Shown here piece by piece: positions 19,683 to 30,514 of a DNA stretch of 64,000 nt (positions are counted from its first letter, which is position 1; every line of letters begins with the position of its first letter). A program made the translations under genes and the position numbers. This DNA comes from a virus. Lineage: Duplodnaviria > Heunggongvirae > Uroviricota > Caudoviricetes. The stretch lies in the IMG/VR virus record IMGVR_UViG_3300043418_000226; one strand, given 5' to 3'. The notes under the pieces are model-generated. The model was not told the origin of the DNA and made no database searches. It saw only the letters and a list, made by a program, of their open reading frames with translations.

Positions 19683-20543
19683 ATGAAAAAATTAATTAGA
19701 AAGGGTGTATTTGAAACTAACAGTTCATCTTCCCACTCAATTGCAATTGCAACTGAAGACAAGGAGTTTGTATTAGACACAATTTATCCTGACCAAAATG
19801 GTATCGTTACAATTCAAGGTGACGAATATGGTTGGGAATGGTTTAAACATAATGATTCAGAGACTAAAGCATCATATGCTGCACAATCGTTCGCTAATGA
19901 TGATGACCAATTGGATGTTTTGAGAGAAGTTATTATGGAACAAACAGGAGCCAACGATGTTATATTCGAAGGACTTGATGACGGTTATATTGACCACGAT
20001 TCATATGGTACAGCACCGAGAAGTAAGTACGAGTTAAAGAACTTTATCTTCAATAAGAACTCTTGGTTGTTCGGAGGTAACGATAATAGTTCACCTGACC
20101 CAACGTTCTATCACGTACCTGAAATTCGTGATGGTAAAATGATTCAACCGGTATACAAGTTTGAATTATCAATTGAAGGATTAGAAAGAACAACTAAGTT
20201 CTTAACTGAACCATCTGAAGAAGAATTGGGAGATGCAATATCAACCATTCTTGACGATTCACTTTTAACTGAAGGTGGCGATTTTATTACTGACAACAGT
20301 ATCATGTGGCAAATCAGTCGAAGTAAAGATTATTATAAGTTATCTTATAATATAACACAAGATTACACAACTAATGAGGTTATCTTCATTAAGGAATCAT
20401 TTAACACGTATTCGTTGAATAAAGAATATGAAAAGGAAATGGAAGGAATGAATTGGAACGATAAAAGTATTTTTATCTCAAATAAAATTCTCGAAATTCC
20501 TGGAGTAACAAAGAAAGTTAAATTCACATTAAAAGAAATCTAA
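19683..20543 (+). CDS. Conserved phage protein with RxxxFETNSSSxHS motif
   Basis: N-terminal IRKGVFETNSSSSHS; GYIDHDS. Confidence 0.6.
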   Translation: MKKLIRKGVFETNSSSSHSIAIATEDKEFVLDTIYPDQNGIVTIQGDEYGWEWFKHNDSETKASYAAQSFANDDDQLDVLREVIMEQTGANDVIFEGLDDGYIDHDSYGTAPRSKYELKNFIFNKNSWLFGGNDNSSPDPTFYHVPEIRDGKMIQPVYKFELSIEGLERTTKFLTEPSEEELGDAISTILDDSLLTEGGDFITDNSIMWQISRSKDYYKLSYNITQDYTTNEVIFIKESFNTYSLNKEYEKEMEGMNWNDKSIFISNKILEIPGVTKKVKFTLKEI

Positions 20544-21156
20544 TGTCAGAAAAAACTATCATATTAGAGAAAGATGCGGAAGGATTAATCGAGTTGGTTA
20601 ACCTTGAGGCATGGAAAGTTAATGAACAAAAATATTTCATTAAAAAAGAGAAAGCAATTGAGTTTGTTATCACACATAAAAAATGTGAGTGTGGTGAATT
20701 AATGGACAAATATCGTTCATTGTGTCATCATTGTCAAACTGTTGAGTGGAATAAACAATCCGATGGACGTTATCTAAAGATGCCATTCAAAGAATGGGAC
20801 GGTAAAACCTATTTGGTTATACATGATGGAGACGATTTCTTCAGTGATGAAAGTGAGATTGAAGATTACCTCGCAGTAAACGAAATTAAACTTGAGGATT
20901 TGAAGTTATGTATTTGTGAACCAAATCATTTACCTCAAATAAATTACGACGAATTATGTGATGACATCATGCCTGAGAATGAAGATGACCTTAACAAATT
21001 ATGTCCAGAGGTATTAAAGAAGATTGATGAGTTAAATGAATTCATTAGTAATCAAAAACCAATCAGTTGGACTGAAGGAATTTATCGAACGACGGTAAAA
21101 CTTGGGAATAAAGAAGACATCACAGACAAAGATTTATTTAGTTAAAAACAAATAAG

Positions 21157-22035
21157 ATGATAAAATATCAAAACGGAAATAGTACGGTTGAACTTAGTAA
21201 AGATGGTACCAGAGTTATTACATTTGAAGATACACTTCAATTAGAATATCCTTTGAATATCGACATTCGTGTTAGTACTGCGTGTTCGTTAGGTTTTAAT
21301 CCTAACACAAACAAGGCAACGTGTGAATTTTGTCATGAATCTGCAAGAACTGATGGTACTGAATGTGACTATCAAGGATTAATTGATAAGTTACAAGGAT
21401 TACCTAAAGGAATTGAATTAGCCATCGGTGGGAATAAACTCACCGTCGGTTTAATTGGTTTCATTATGTGGGCAAAAAGGGAAGGTTATATCTGTAACTT
21501 AACTGTTAACCACTTACACATCAATCGAGAATCAGATACATTAAAGATGTTACTTGAAAATGATTTATTGGGTGGATTAGGTATCTCATATAGAAAAGGT
21601 TACCCGTTAAATTTTGACGAGTATTTTCTTAATCACCCTAACGTTGTTGCACATGTAATCGCCGGTATAGATGATGTGGATGATGTTGTGGCGTCCCCAT
21701 TCAAAAAAGTGTTGGTATTGGGATATAAAACATTTGGATTCGGAGTTGATTACTACGATGATGAAGTTAAAGACGGTATTCAAAAATGGTATTGGTGGAT
21801 TAAGAAAGTCATCGACTCTAAGGATGTTGTATCATTTGACAACTTAGCACTCGAACAACTTAACATTAAGAGATTCTTACCCGATGAACAATGGGAAGAA
21901 TTCAACCAAAATGAGCACAGCCTTTATATCAACGCAGTTGAAGGTTACTTATCCCCATCAAGTCGATGTCACGATAAAACAAATTGGGAAGATATAACAA
22001 TAAAAGATTATTTTTTAGAGAAAGAAAAATCGTAG
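21157..22035 (+). CDS. Radical SAM-like protein
   Basis: C-x12-C-x2-C (CSLGFNPNTNKATCEFC), AIGG, NLTVN. Confidence 0.65.
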   Translation: MIKYQNGNSTVELSKDGTRVITFEDTLQLEYPLNIDIRVSTACSLGFNPNTNKATCEFCHESARTDGTECDYQGLIDKLQGLPKGIELAIGGNKLTVGLIGFIMWAKREGYICNLTVNHLHINRESDTLKMLLENDLLGGLGISYRKGYPLNFDEYFLNHPNVVAHVIAGIDDVDDVVASPFKKVLVLGYKTFGFGVDYYDDEVKDGIQKWYWWIKKVIDSKDVVSFDNLALEQLNIKRFLPDEQWEEFNQNEHSLYINAVEGYLSPSSRCHDKTNWEDITIKDYFLEKEKS

Positions 22036-22082
22036 TATTTATAATCAGGAAGAATATTCTGATAAATAAATAAAAAAATACG

Positions 22083-22922
22083 ATGATAATCTATAGAATA
22101 AAGTCAAAAATAAATAATAAATGTTACATCGGGGTATGTAAAAATTTTTATATTAGAAAAAGAACACATTTACAACATCTAAATAAAAATAATCATCATT
22201 CCATCAAGTTACAACGAGCGTGGAATAAGTATGGGTCAGATAATTTTATTTTTGAAATATTAGAATCTGACATCGATGAAAATGTAATTTTTAAAAAAGA
22301 AATTGAGTTTATAAAAAATTATAATACGTTTAAAACCGGTTATAATTGCACAATTGGGGGCGAAGGTACGTTAGGTCGGTTTGGTTCAAAACACCACAAT
22401 TCAAAATATTATCACATCTATAATATTCATGGTGATTATGTAACAAAAAAATTAATGTTAAAGGGAATACAGGATTTTACAGGAAAAACATTTAGAATAT
22501 CAAATAAAGGATTTAGCATTTCTGGCGAATATGTTATTACTAAAAAATATGAAGGTAAAAAATTTACAAAACATCACAAAATTTTCAAATACAATTTAAA
22601 TGGAGACATGGTAAATTCTTATTTATCAACCAGTTTTATAAAAGATTTTGACATTGATGATGTATATAAAAGTATTCGTACAAACACCGCGATAAACGGT
22701 ATTTTTTGGAAAACAAATAGGACCGAACAACAAAAAAAACAATTTAACAATTACAAAGTAAAAATTGGTATGTACACTAAAGAAGGCATTTTTGAACAAT
22801 CATTTGAATCTGTTACCGACGCTTATGATTTTCTATCTATCCCAATAAACGGTAACATTAGTAAATGTTTAAAAAATAAACAAAAAACCGCATATGGACA
22901 TATTTGGTTATTTGATAAATAA
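22083..22922 (+). CDS. GIY-YIG homing endonuclease with NUMOD1
   Basis: IIYRI..CYIG, R..H, GYN..GGEG; C-terminal ISKCLK..TAYGHIW. Confidence 0.9.
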   Translation: MIIYRIKSKINNKCYIGVCKNFYIRKRTHLQHLNKNNHHSIKLQRAWNKYGSDNFIFEILESDIDENVIFKKEIEFIKNYNTFKTGYNCTIGGEGTLGRFGSKHHNSKYYHIYNIHGDYVTKKLMLKGIQDFTGKTFRISNKGFSISGEYVITKKYEGKKFTKHHKIFKYNLNGDMVNSYLSTSFIKDFDIDDVYKSIRTNTAINGIFWKTNRTEQQKKQFNNYKVKIGMYTKEGIFEQSFESVTDAYDFLSIPINGNISKCLKNKQKTAYGHIWLFDK

Positions 22923-22983
22923 TCCAATTTATTTGGTATTCCTCTTTTTTTAGTTTACATTTGTCTAATAAAATACATTTAAT

Positions 22984-23175
22984 ATGTCAAAAAATAGTTC
23001 AAGCTCCAATGGGGTTGGTTTTTTCGGACTTCTTTTCCTATTATTTTTAGGGTTGAAGTTAACAAATAATATTGATTGGTCATGGTGGTGGGTAACCGCA
23101 CCGTTATGGGGTGGATTTGTTTTAACAATACTGGTTGTATTTGTTTTACTTATCATAAAAGAGATGATGTCATGA
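22984..23175 (+). CDS. Small two-helix membrane protein
   Basis: LKLT..IDWSWWWVTAPLW. Confidence 0.7.
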   Translation: MSKNSSSSNGVGFFGLLFLLFLGLKLTNNIDWSWWWVTAPLWGGFVLTILVVFVLLIIKEMMS

Positions 23176-23843
23176 TTTATATTTCTATAGATATTGAAAC
23201 CACGGGTCTTGACTCGGAAAAAAATAAAGTAATTTCAGTTGCGGCTGTAATTGAAGATACTGAAAAGAAATTACCATTTGAAGAATGTCCTAAGTTTAAT
23301 GTGGCGGTTCTTCAAAATGAATTGATTGGTTCGGCAAGAGCCATCACAATTAATAAACAATTAATTTCAGAAATTGCAGACTATCAGGACGCAAATGATG
23401 AGACTAGAATGTTAATTGACACTGAAAGTGATTACAAATTCATTAGAGAAGATGATGTTGCCAAAGAATTCTATTGGTTCTTAGAACAGAATGGTTTTGG
23501 CGGCCCTATTTTCGATAATAGTGGAGGTTATAGTATCATCAAAGATGGTAAAATTAAAACGATGATTAACGGGGCAACTAAACCCATAACAATTAATGTT
23601 GCCGGTAAGAACTTTGCAACATTCGATAAGTTATTCTTGGAACAATTACCTTGGTGGAAGAAACTAATTAAGATTCGTCAAAGAGTTTTAGACCCGGCGA
23701 TTCTTGTGGTTGATTGGAAAAACGATACGTCGTTACCTAACTTGAAACAGTGTAAGGAACGAACAGGTGTTGAAGGTATAGTTACCCATAACGCATTAGA
23801 AGATGCGTGGGACGTTATCGAAGTAATGAGAAAATTTTATTAA
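23172..23843 (+). CDS. DEDDh 3'-5' exonuclease
   Basis: DIETTG, NFATFD, HNALEDA; start at ATG 23172. Confidence 0.85.
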   Translation: MIYISIDIETTGLDSEKNKVISVAAVIEDTEKKLPFEECPKFNVAVLQNELIGSARAITINKQLISEIADYQDANDETRMLIDTESDYKFIREDDVAKEFYWFLEQNGFGGPIFDNSGGYSIIKDGKIKTMINGATKPITINVAGKNFATFDKLFLEQLPWWKKLIKIRQRVLDPAILVVDWKNDTSLPNLKQCKERTGVEGIVTHNALEDAWDVIEVMRKFY

Positions 23844-24023
23844 TATTATATGTTAAAACACATTTTAGGTTCTGCACTTTACGTAGTGATTATTTTGTCC
23901 GTTCTCGGACATGTGCCAACTACAAATCATGAGAGGTCGATATTCATTGCGTTCCTCTTATTGATGAATCTTATGTTGTGGTTAATATCGAAAGAGGAAA
24001 ACAAACTTAAAAAATAATGTGTC

Positions 24024-24680
24024 GTGATAAACAATATTGAATTAATAAAACCATTATTGAATTTTGAACAAAGTGGGGATTTTTATATGTTATACGTTTT
24101 TAAACGTAAGAAAGACCAACCAGAAGGGGAAAGAGATAATCATCAATCAGTGAGAACAATAAAGACCTATTGTATAGAGAGTATTGACCATCTAGAAAGG
24201 AGGTTTGATGAAATCATTCAGTTATGTGAAATGTTTAAAGCACGAGCATATATCCATGTTCAGAAACAAAATCATTTTGATGTGTCTTTGAACATGATGG
24301 TTTCATTGGCACAACGTATTCAAAACGGACAACATAGTCAAAAAGGTTTATTCGATTCAGTTGTTGGTCAAATTAAAACCAACGAGAAGAGGTGGATAAT
24401 TGACGTGGACGATATGATGGAAGCAAGTCCAATGATGATGGCACATATCGAATATGAATGTAAACCATATACTGAAGTTGATTTTGACGCTGCCGGTCTT
24501 CCAACAGGTTATAAGGTTGGACCAAAGATTGAAGCAATCATTCCAACTAAGAACGGTCATCACCTAATCACTAAGAAATTTGATGTGATGAAGTTTAAGG
24601 AATTGTATCCTGATTTGGACATTCAAAAGAAAAACCCAACTTTATTGTATTATCCAAACTCATTAGAAAATGTTTCCTGA
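24024..24680 (+). CDS. Conserved phage protein, possible AEP/PrimPol-like fold
   Basis: WIIDVD and TKNGHHL motifs. Confidence 0.4.
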   Translation: MINNIELIKPLLNFEQSGDFYMLYVFKRKKDQPEGERDNHQSVRTIKTYCIESIDHLERRFDEIIQLCEMFKARAYIHVQKQNHFDVSLNMMVSLAQRIQNGQHSQKGLFDSVVGQIKTNEKRWIIDVDDMMEASPMMMAHIEYECKPYTEVDFDAAGLPTGYKVGPKIEAIIPTKNGHHLITKKFDVMKFKELYPDLDIQKKNPTLLYYPNSLENVS

Positions 24681-25073
24681 ATTAAACATTCCCGAAGATA
24701 AACAATCGAACAATCAAGTTTCGTTAATTATAGACCCATTTGTCCAAGATTCACTTAAAAGTGTTTCCATAAATTATAACAAAAGTTCATTTGACAATTC
24801 AACATATTGGTATGCTAGACTTTCATTTGAAAATGGTGCAACAAAAGGTGAACAGAGAATCGACAATTGTCCCACCTTTGAGGAAATTGTTGTTAAAGTA
24901 AAACAAATTTTAGATGAGGTTAAAAATAAAACAATATGAATAAATTCATAAACAACATAAGTTGGGAAAGAGTAATCGATATCGTGTTAATTGCTGCGAT
25001 TTGTTTCTTATCGTATAATGATAAAGATGGTTGGGGTTGGTTAATATTATTATTGATATTAAAGAATTAAATT

Positions 25074-25760
25074 ATGGGAAGTAAGAGAACATTTGTCACC
25101 ACAGATACACATGGTGAATTAGAAAAATTAAAGAACTGTCTCGAACAGGCGAACTTTGATTACGAGGTAGATGAATTGATACATATTGGCGACGTTGTAG
25201 ACAGAGGTCCCGACAGTTATGGTGTGGTAGAATTACTATTATCAATTAAGAATCTAATTTCAATTAGGGGAAATCACGATGAGTGGATGTTAATGTTTAT
25301 TAACACTGGAGAACATCCGGCAATCGGATATTTCAAAGAAACGTTAGCGTCATATCACAAAGGAACGGGACCAACATTAAACATTCCCGATACACATAAA
25401 AAGTTTTTCAGTAATCAAATCAATTATTATATTGATTCGAATAATAGATTGTTTGTACATGCGGGTATTAACCCACTTGAATTTATTCACGAACAATACG
25501 AAGAGGATTTCTATTGGGATAGAGAAATGATTAAATATGCCGTTCGTGTTGAATCGGGTAAACGAATGATGGACGTAAATGGATTTAAACAAATCTTCAT
25601 TGGTCACACACCAACGTTAAATTTCAAATGGCACCCTGAAAATGATAAACCAATCTATGTCGCTCAGGTAATTGATTGTGACACCGGAGCATGTTTCGGA
25701 GGTAAATTATCATTAATTGATATCACAACGGATGAACATATATTATACCAATCAGAATGA
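25074..25760 (+). CDS. PPP-family Ser/Thr phosphatase-like metallophosphoesterase
   Basis: DTHG, GDVVDRG, RGNHD, HAG, GHTP, DTG. Confidence 0.9.
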   Translation: MGSKRTFVTTDTHGELEKLKNCLEQANFDYEVDELIHIGDVVDRGPDSYGVVELLLSIKNLISIRGNHDEWMLMFINTGEHPAIGYFKETLASYHKGTGPTLNIPDTHKKFFSNQINYYIDSNNRLFVHAGINPLEFIHEQYEEDFYWDREMIKYAVRVESGKRMMDVNGFKQIFIGHTPTLNFKWHPENDKPIYVAQVIDCDTGACFGGKLSLIDITTDEHILYQSE

Positions 25761-26251
25761 AAGTAATTTTTTTAGATATAGACGGTGTTTTAAATGTAAT
25801 CCCACAAGGTTATGACGACTTCGGTGGGATTTTTCATTCCAACTTTGTTGATAACCTTCGTAGGATTATCGATGAGACAGGAGCACAGATAGTGGTTTCA
25901 AGTAGTTGGAGATTTAGTGGGTTAACCAAAATAAAAGATATGTGGTATGTCCGCAATTTACCTGGTAAAGTAATCGATATCACAGTTGATACTCGGGATT
26001 TAATTAGACAAGGTAAATTTAAGTTTCACGATGAAATTATGAGAGGTCATGAAATCCAAGAATGGATAGATAAGACACCTGAATTAGAAAATTATCTTAT
26101 CTTAGATGATGACAATGATTTCCTACCAAACCAACTTAATAATTTTGTTAGAACGGCTAACAATCAGGACCATCCAGATTGTATTGACATCGGATATGGG
26201 TTAACAAATATCTGTACGGAAATGGCAATTGAAATATTAAATAAAAAATAA
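25757..26251 (+). CDS. HAD phosphatase (RNA-repair type), paralog of 13210
   Basis: FLDIDGVL, VVSSSWR, RGHEI, ILDD. Confidence 0.8.
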   Translation: MKVIFLDIDGVLNVIPQGYDDFGGIFHSNFVDNLRRIIDETGAQIVVSSSWRFSGLTKIKDMWYVRNLPGKVIDITVDTRDLIRQGKFKFHDEIMRGHEIQEWIDKTPELENYLILDDDNDFLPNQLNNFVRTANNQDHPDCIDIGYGLTNICTEMAIEILNKK

Positions 26252-26315
26252 TACAAATAATATTTGTACATTAGGTAAAATTGTTTTACTTTTACCGACA
26301 TAAAAGATTTACACT

Positions 26316-27065
26316 ATGGTTTTTACATTTTACGAGGTAGGAGGGAAAATACGTGACGAAATTCTTGGATTAGAATCTAAGGATGTTGATTATGTTGCAG
26401 TACCACACGAAACATTATTAGAACAACACACAGAAGCAGAGGATATGTTTAACGTCTTGGTTGATTATTTGACTAGAGAAGGGTTTACCATTTTCCTTAT
26501 AACTGCAAATTGTTTCACCGTTAGGGCAATGTTTCCTAAAGGACATAAGTACACGGGTGTTGCGGACTTCGTAATGGCCCGTAAAGAGATTGGGTATGTC
26601 GAAGGTACAAGAACACCTATCGTTAAACCAGGGTCATTATATGACGATTTAGAACGTAGAGATTTTACCTTAAATGCGTTGGCTAAAGGTGAGGACGGAG
26701 TTATAATTGACTACTTCAATGGACAATTGGATTTAGAGAGAGGAATACTTAGAACTCCATTAGATGCAAACGTAACAATGATGGACGACCCATTGAGAAT
26801 TCTGAGAGCATTACGTTTTTCAATTACTAAAGGGTTTGACATTCATCCGGATATCTACCAAGCAATGGAACAACCAAACATACTTAAGAAATTAGAATTG
26901 ACGGTTAGTGGTGAGAGAATTAGGGAAGAATTAATTAAAATGTTTAAACACGATACTGTCAAAACACTTAGACGTTTGGACGATATTGATGAAAATGTTG
27001 TTAATGGGTTTCATGAAATAATTTTTAATAATGGATTGTGGTTAAAACCAACATTTGAACAATAA
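26316..27065 (+). CDS. cca: tRNA nucleotidyltransferase (CCA-adding) / poly(A) polymerase family
   Basis: VGG.IRD, DVD, DL.RRDFTLNA, DDPLRILRA.RF, ERI.EEL. Confidence 0.9.
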   Translation: MVFTFYEVGGKIRDEILGLESKDVDYVAVPHETLLEQHTEAEDMFNVLVDYLTREGFTIFLITANCFTVRAMFPKGHKYTGVADFVMARKEIGYVEGTRTPIVKPGSLYDDLERRDFTLNALAKGEDGVIIDYFNGQLDLERGILRTPLDANVTMMDDPLRILRALRFSITKGFDIHPDIYQAMEQPNILKKLELTVSGERIREELIKMFKHDTVKTLRRLDDIDENVVNGFHEIIFNNGLWLKPTFEQ

Positions 27066-27260
27066 TGACACAGGACCAATTCAATAGAGCGGAACAAATC
27101 TTAGAACAAATATCTAAGTTGAAAAGATTAAGAGGACGAATACTCAACACACACAAAAAACATAAGAACGATGTGGAGATGATGGAAGTGATGAACGATT
27201 GTTTAAGTGCTGTAGATGTATTAATTGAAATTGACGAAAAAAAATTTAAAGATTTATAAC

Positions 27261-29171
27261 ATGAGTAAATTCACCCCTAGCAAATATCAAAAAGATATTT
27301 TTAATTTTATTAAAAATGGTACAGAGAATGCTATAATTTCTGCCGTTGCTGGTAGTGGTAAGACTACAACTTTAGTTAAAGCACTTGAACAGATTCCGTC
27401 TAATAAGACGGTGCTGTTCTTGGCGTTTAATAAAAGTATTGCCGATGAATTAAAAGTGAGGGTTCCACAAACAAGTAACATTACGGTTAAGACTGTACAT
27501 GGTTTTGGATATTCTGTTTTAAGGAATCAATTCGAAGTGGAAATCGATAATAAAAAATACGGTAAGATGTTGAAGGACATTATATCGTTCCACACAAATA
27601 AAACCAAGTCGTCAATTGAGAAATACAAATTCGATAAAACACATTTAGGTTACATTTCTAAAATGGCATCGGCAGTTAAAACTGATGAAGGTGACAATAA
27701 AGATTTCTTCGGTGACGTTATTAACTTAACTAACTTAGGGAGATTACATTTGATTGACACAGAAATTAAATTAAATGGTATCGAGAAACTAAATGAATTA
27801 GCGAGAATACATTCAGTTGGAAATGAGGATGGTGAGAGTGAAGTTGCATGGTACCTAATCAAATTAGGTTCAACTTATGTAAGCGAAATTGATTACACTG
27901 ACATGGTGTACTTACCAAACGTTCTTCATGTTCTTCAAACTGAAGTTTACGATTTTGTTTTCATCGATGAGTGTCAAGATTTGAATACATGTCAAAGACA
28001 TTTGATGGAGAAAGCAATCAAACCTGAGACAGGTAGATTCATTGCCGTTGGTGACCCTAAACAGGCCATCTATGGTTTCGCAGGTGCCGACTACGAATCA
28101 TTTAAAAAGTTATGTGACATTCCAAACACAATACAATTACCATTGTCGGTTACATATCGTTGTGGTACCAGTATTATTGATATGATTAAACACATTAATC
28201 CATTCATTAAGACGGTCACTAAGGCAAGGGCGGGTGAAGTAATTCATCAGTTCTCATATAAGAATATTGAAGACGGAGACATGGTTCTTTGTCGACAAAC
28301 GTTTCCGGTTGTGTCATTGTGTATTAAACTTTTGAGTGAAGGTAAACGAGCTTACATTGTTGGTTCGGATATTGGTTTATCATTAATAAAAATGATTGGA
28401 GATTGTCAAAGAGTTTCCGAGGAGTTTAATATGACAAATGTATTCTCAAGATTATACAATGAGAAATCAAAGATAATCGAGAAATTAATGAAGAACCATA
28501 ACATCTCAAAATCAGAGGCGTTAGAAGATTCATTTGTTATTATGTACAATGAGAAGATACAAGTAATCGAAGCACTATCAAAAGATATTACTGACCCGAA
28601 TGAGGTCATTGCAAAAATTCATGGTATATTCTCCGACACTAAAAAGGTTGGGATTTGTTTAAGTACAATTCACAAGTCTAAAGGTCTCGAATCTGATAGG
28701 GTATTCATTTTACAACGTGAGTTAATGCCATCAAAGTACGCAACTCTACCATGGCAAATGGAACAGGAAGATAACCTTATGTACGTTGCATACACAAGAG
28801 CAAAGAACACATTAGGTTTCATTAGTGACTACGACGCTTGGAAGACACATAAGTCTGAAAGTGAGAATGTAGTTCCGGTTATGGAAAGTAAACATATCGG
28901 TGCAGTTGGTATGAAAATGAATTTGAAACTTACGGTTTTAAACATTAAGAAGATAGACGGACAGTACGGTGAGACGTTGATATACGAAATGAAAGACGAT
29001 AAGAATAATATCTTCTCAAAGTTCGGTGAGATTAATCCAAGATTCCTAAGTGAAGGTAATGAGAAAGAAGTTAAAGTAGGTTCATCATTAAACTTTTATG
29101 GTATTATATCCGGTCATTCGGAATTCAGAGGAACTAAAAACACTAAAATCGGGAGAATATCTCAACACTAA
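27261..29171 (+). CDS. UvrD/Rep-like SF1 helicase with C-terminal extension
   Basis: AGSGKTT, IDECQD, GDPKQAIY, STIHKSKGLE, YVAYTRA; start at ATG 27261. Confidence 0.9.
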   Translation: MSKFTPSKYQKDIFNFIKNGTENAIISAVAGSGKTTTLVKALEQIPSNKTVLFLAFNKSIADELKVRVPQTSNITVKTVHGFGYSVLRNQFEVEIDNKKYGKMLKDIISFHTNKTKSSIEKYKFDKTHLGYISKMASAVKTDEGDNKDFFGDVINLTNLGRLHLIDTEIKLNGIEKLNELARIHSVGNEDGESEVAWYLIKLGSTYVSEIDYTDMVYLPNVLHVLQTEVYDFVFIDECQDLNTCQRHLMEKAIKPETGRFIAVGDPKQAIYGFAGADYESFKKLCDIPNTIQLPLSVTYRCGTSIIDMIKHINPFIKTVTKARAGEVIHQFSYKNIEDGDMVLCRQTFPVVSLCIKLLSEGKRAYIVGSDIGLSLIKMIGDCQRVSEEFNMTNVFSRLYNEKSKIIEKLMKNHNISKSEALEDSFVIMYNEKIQVIEALSKDITDPNEVIAKIHGIFSDTKKVGICLSTIHKSKGLESDRVFILQRELMPSKYATLPWQMEQEDNLMYVAYTRAKNTLGFISDYDAWKTHKSESENVVPVMESKHIGAVGMKMNLKLTVLNIKKIDGQYGETLIYEMKDDKNNIFSKFGEINPRFLSEGNEKEVKVGSSLNFYGIISGHSEFRGTKNTKIGRISQH

Positions 29172-29174
29172 ATT

Positions 29175-29498
29175 ATGGATAAAGAATATATTTTATGTGC
29201 AGCAATTTGGTGTAAAGAAATTCCATTGAAAAAAGTTATACCTGGAGTTTTACCAGTAAACTGTGACAGAGGAATTGTAGTGACAGGTCACAGACATGGT
29301 CAGTGTATATGGACAATTGGTTGTTTAACTGGTTTACGTGCAGTTACATTTGCTGAAGATGGAATTGGAGAAAATGAACAAGGATTCTTAACAAATAAAA
29401 ATAGATTTGTTAGTAGATCCGAAGGTGCGGACATTGCATTTGCCGCAGGACAAATAGAAAATCAAAAAGAAACGTTATATAGTGAGGATTTATATTAA
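29175..29498 (+). CDS. Conserved phage hypothetical protein
   Basis: ILCAAI, GHRH, QGFLT..RFV.R, LYSEDLY. Confidence 0.6.
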   Translation: MDKEYILCAAIWCKEIPLKKVIPGVLPVNCDRGIVVTGHRHGQCIWTIGCLTGLRAVTFAEDGIGENEQGFLTNKNRFVSRSEGADIAFAAGQIENQKETLYSEDLY

Positions 29499-29530
29499 AT
29501 AATCCCTATATTTGCCTAAATTATATTAAA

Positions 29531-30037
29531 ATGAGTAATAGAACATATAGAATGTACGGGTTAGTCCCTTACAACATTAGTCCAATCCAACAAGGTATCC
29601 AATTCGGACATGCTGTAGTTGAATATGGTTTGCAATTTGGTACCATTCCGGAATACCAAAAATGGGCTAAACAAGACAAAACCTTTATCATCTTGAATGG
29701 TGGTACAACCAACACAAGATTCAATATTGAAGATGGGTTACCATTTGGTTCATTAAATAATCACCTATTGACTCTTGTATTAAATAAGACACAAGTTGCA
29801 ACTTTCTTTGAACCAGATTTAGGTGACCAATTAACTGCCATTGTTTTTTTAGTTGACGATAGAGTTTTTGATAAGAAAAATTGGCCAGATTATGAAGGAC
29901 CATATCTTGACGACATGAATTCAATTCCTGTTACTTCATTCTATAATGAATGGTTGAATAAATTCTCAACTATTAGGTCTGAAGCTGAGAACATTTTATT
30001 TTTGAGAGATTATTTGAAACAATTTAGATTCGCATAA
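29531..30037 (+). CDS. Peptidyl-tRNA hydrolase 2-like protein
   Basis: IQFGHAV, KTFIIL, F.EPDLGDQLTA. Confidence 0.6.
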   Translation: MSNRTYRMYGLVPYNISPIQQGIQFGHAVVEYGLQFGTIPEYQKWAKQDKTFIILNGGTTNTRFNIEDGLPFGSLNNHLLTLVLNKTQVATFFEPDLGDQLTAIVFLVDDRVFDKKNWPDYEGPYLDDMNSIPVTSFYNEWLNKFSTIRSEAENILFLRDYLKQFRFA

Positions 30038-30514
30038 GATGAATTTTTTTAATAAACCAAAACCGATGTCGACACTATCTCGAATAGAGAAGTTAAACGA
30101 ATACAAAAAGAAAAGAAACGTGTACTATTATGAATTGATTAAATCAATCATGGACGGTGCTGTTAGTCAATGTACTAGTGTCGTTCTTTTGGAACCAATT
30201 AAAAATCATTATCCACATTATTCATATAATGGTGTTATGATTTATTATGATGAAGATATACATAAAATGTTATTAGAAGATGATATCGCAGCATATGCGG
30301 ATTCAAGTAATCACATTGTTGTAACGGTGGACCCACAAAGAGTTTCACAATTTAAAAAGAAATAAGATGAGTAATTTAAAAATTAATATTAGATTTCTTA
30401 AATGGCATTTTCAGGTAACAACCGAATGGAAATGTTCATGGACATATAACGATTACCATAAAAATTTGGACCATGGATGGTTCGACATTTGTGAATTTAA
30501 ACCATTTAAATAAG

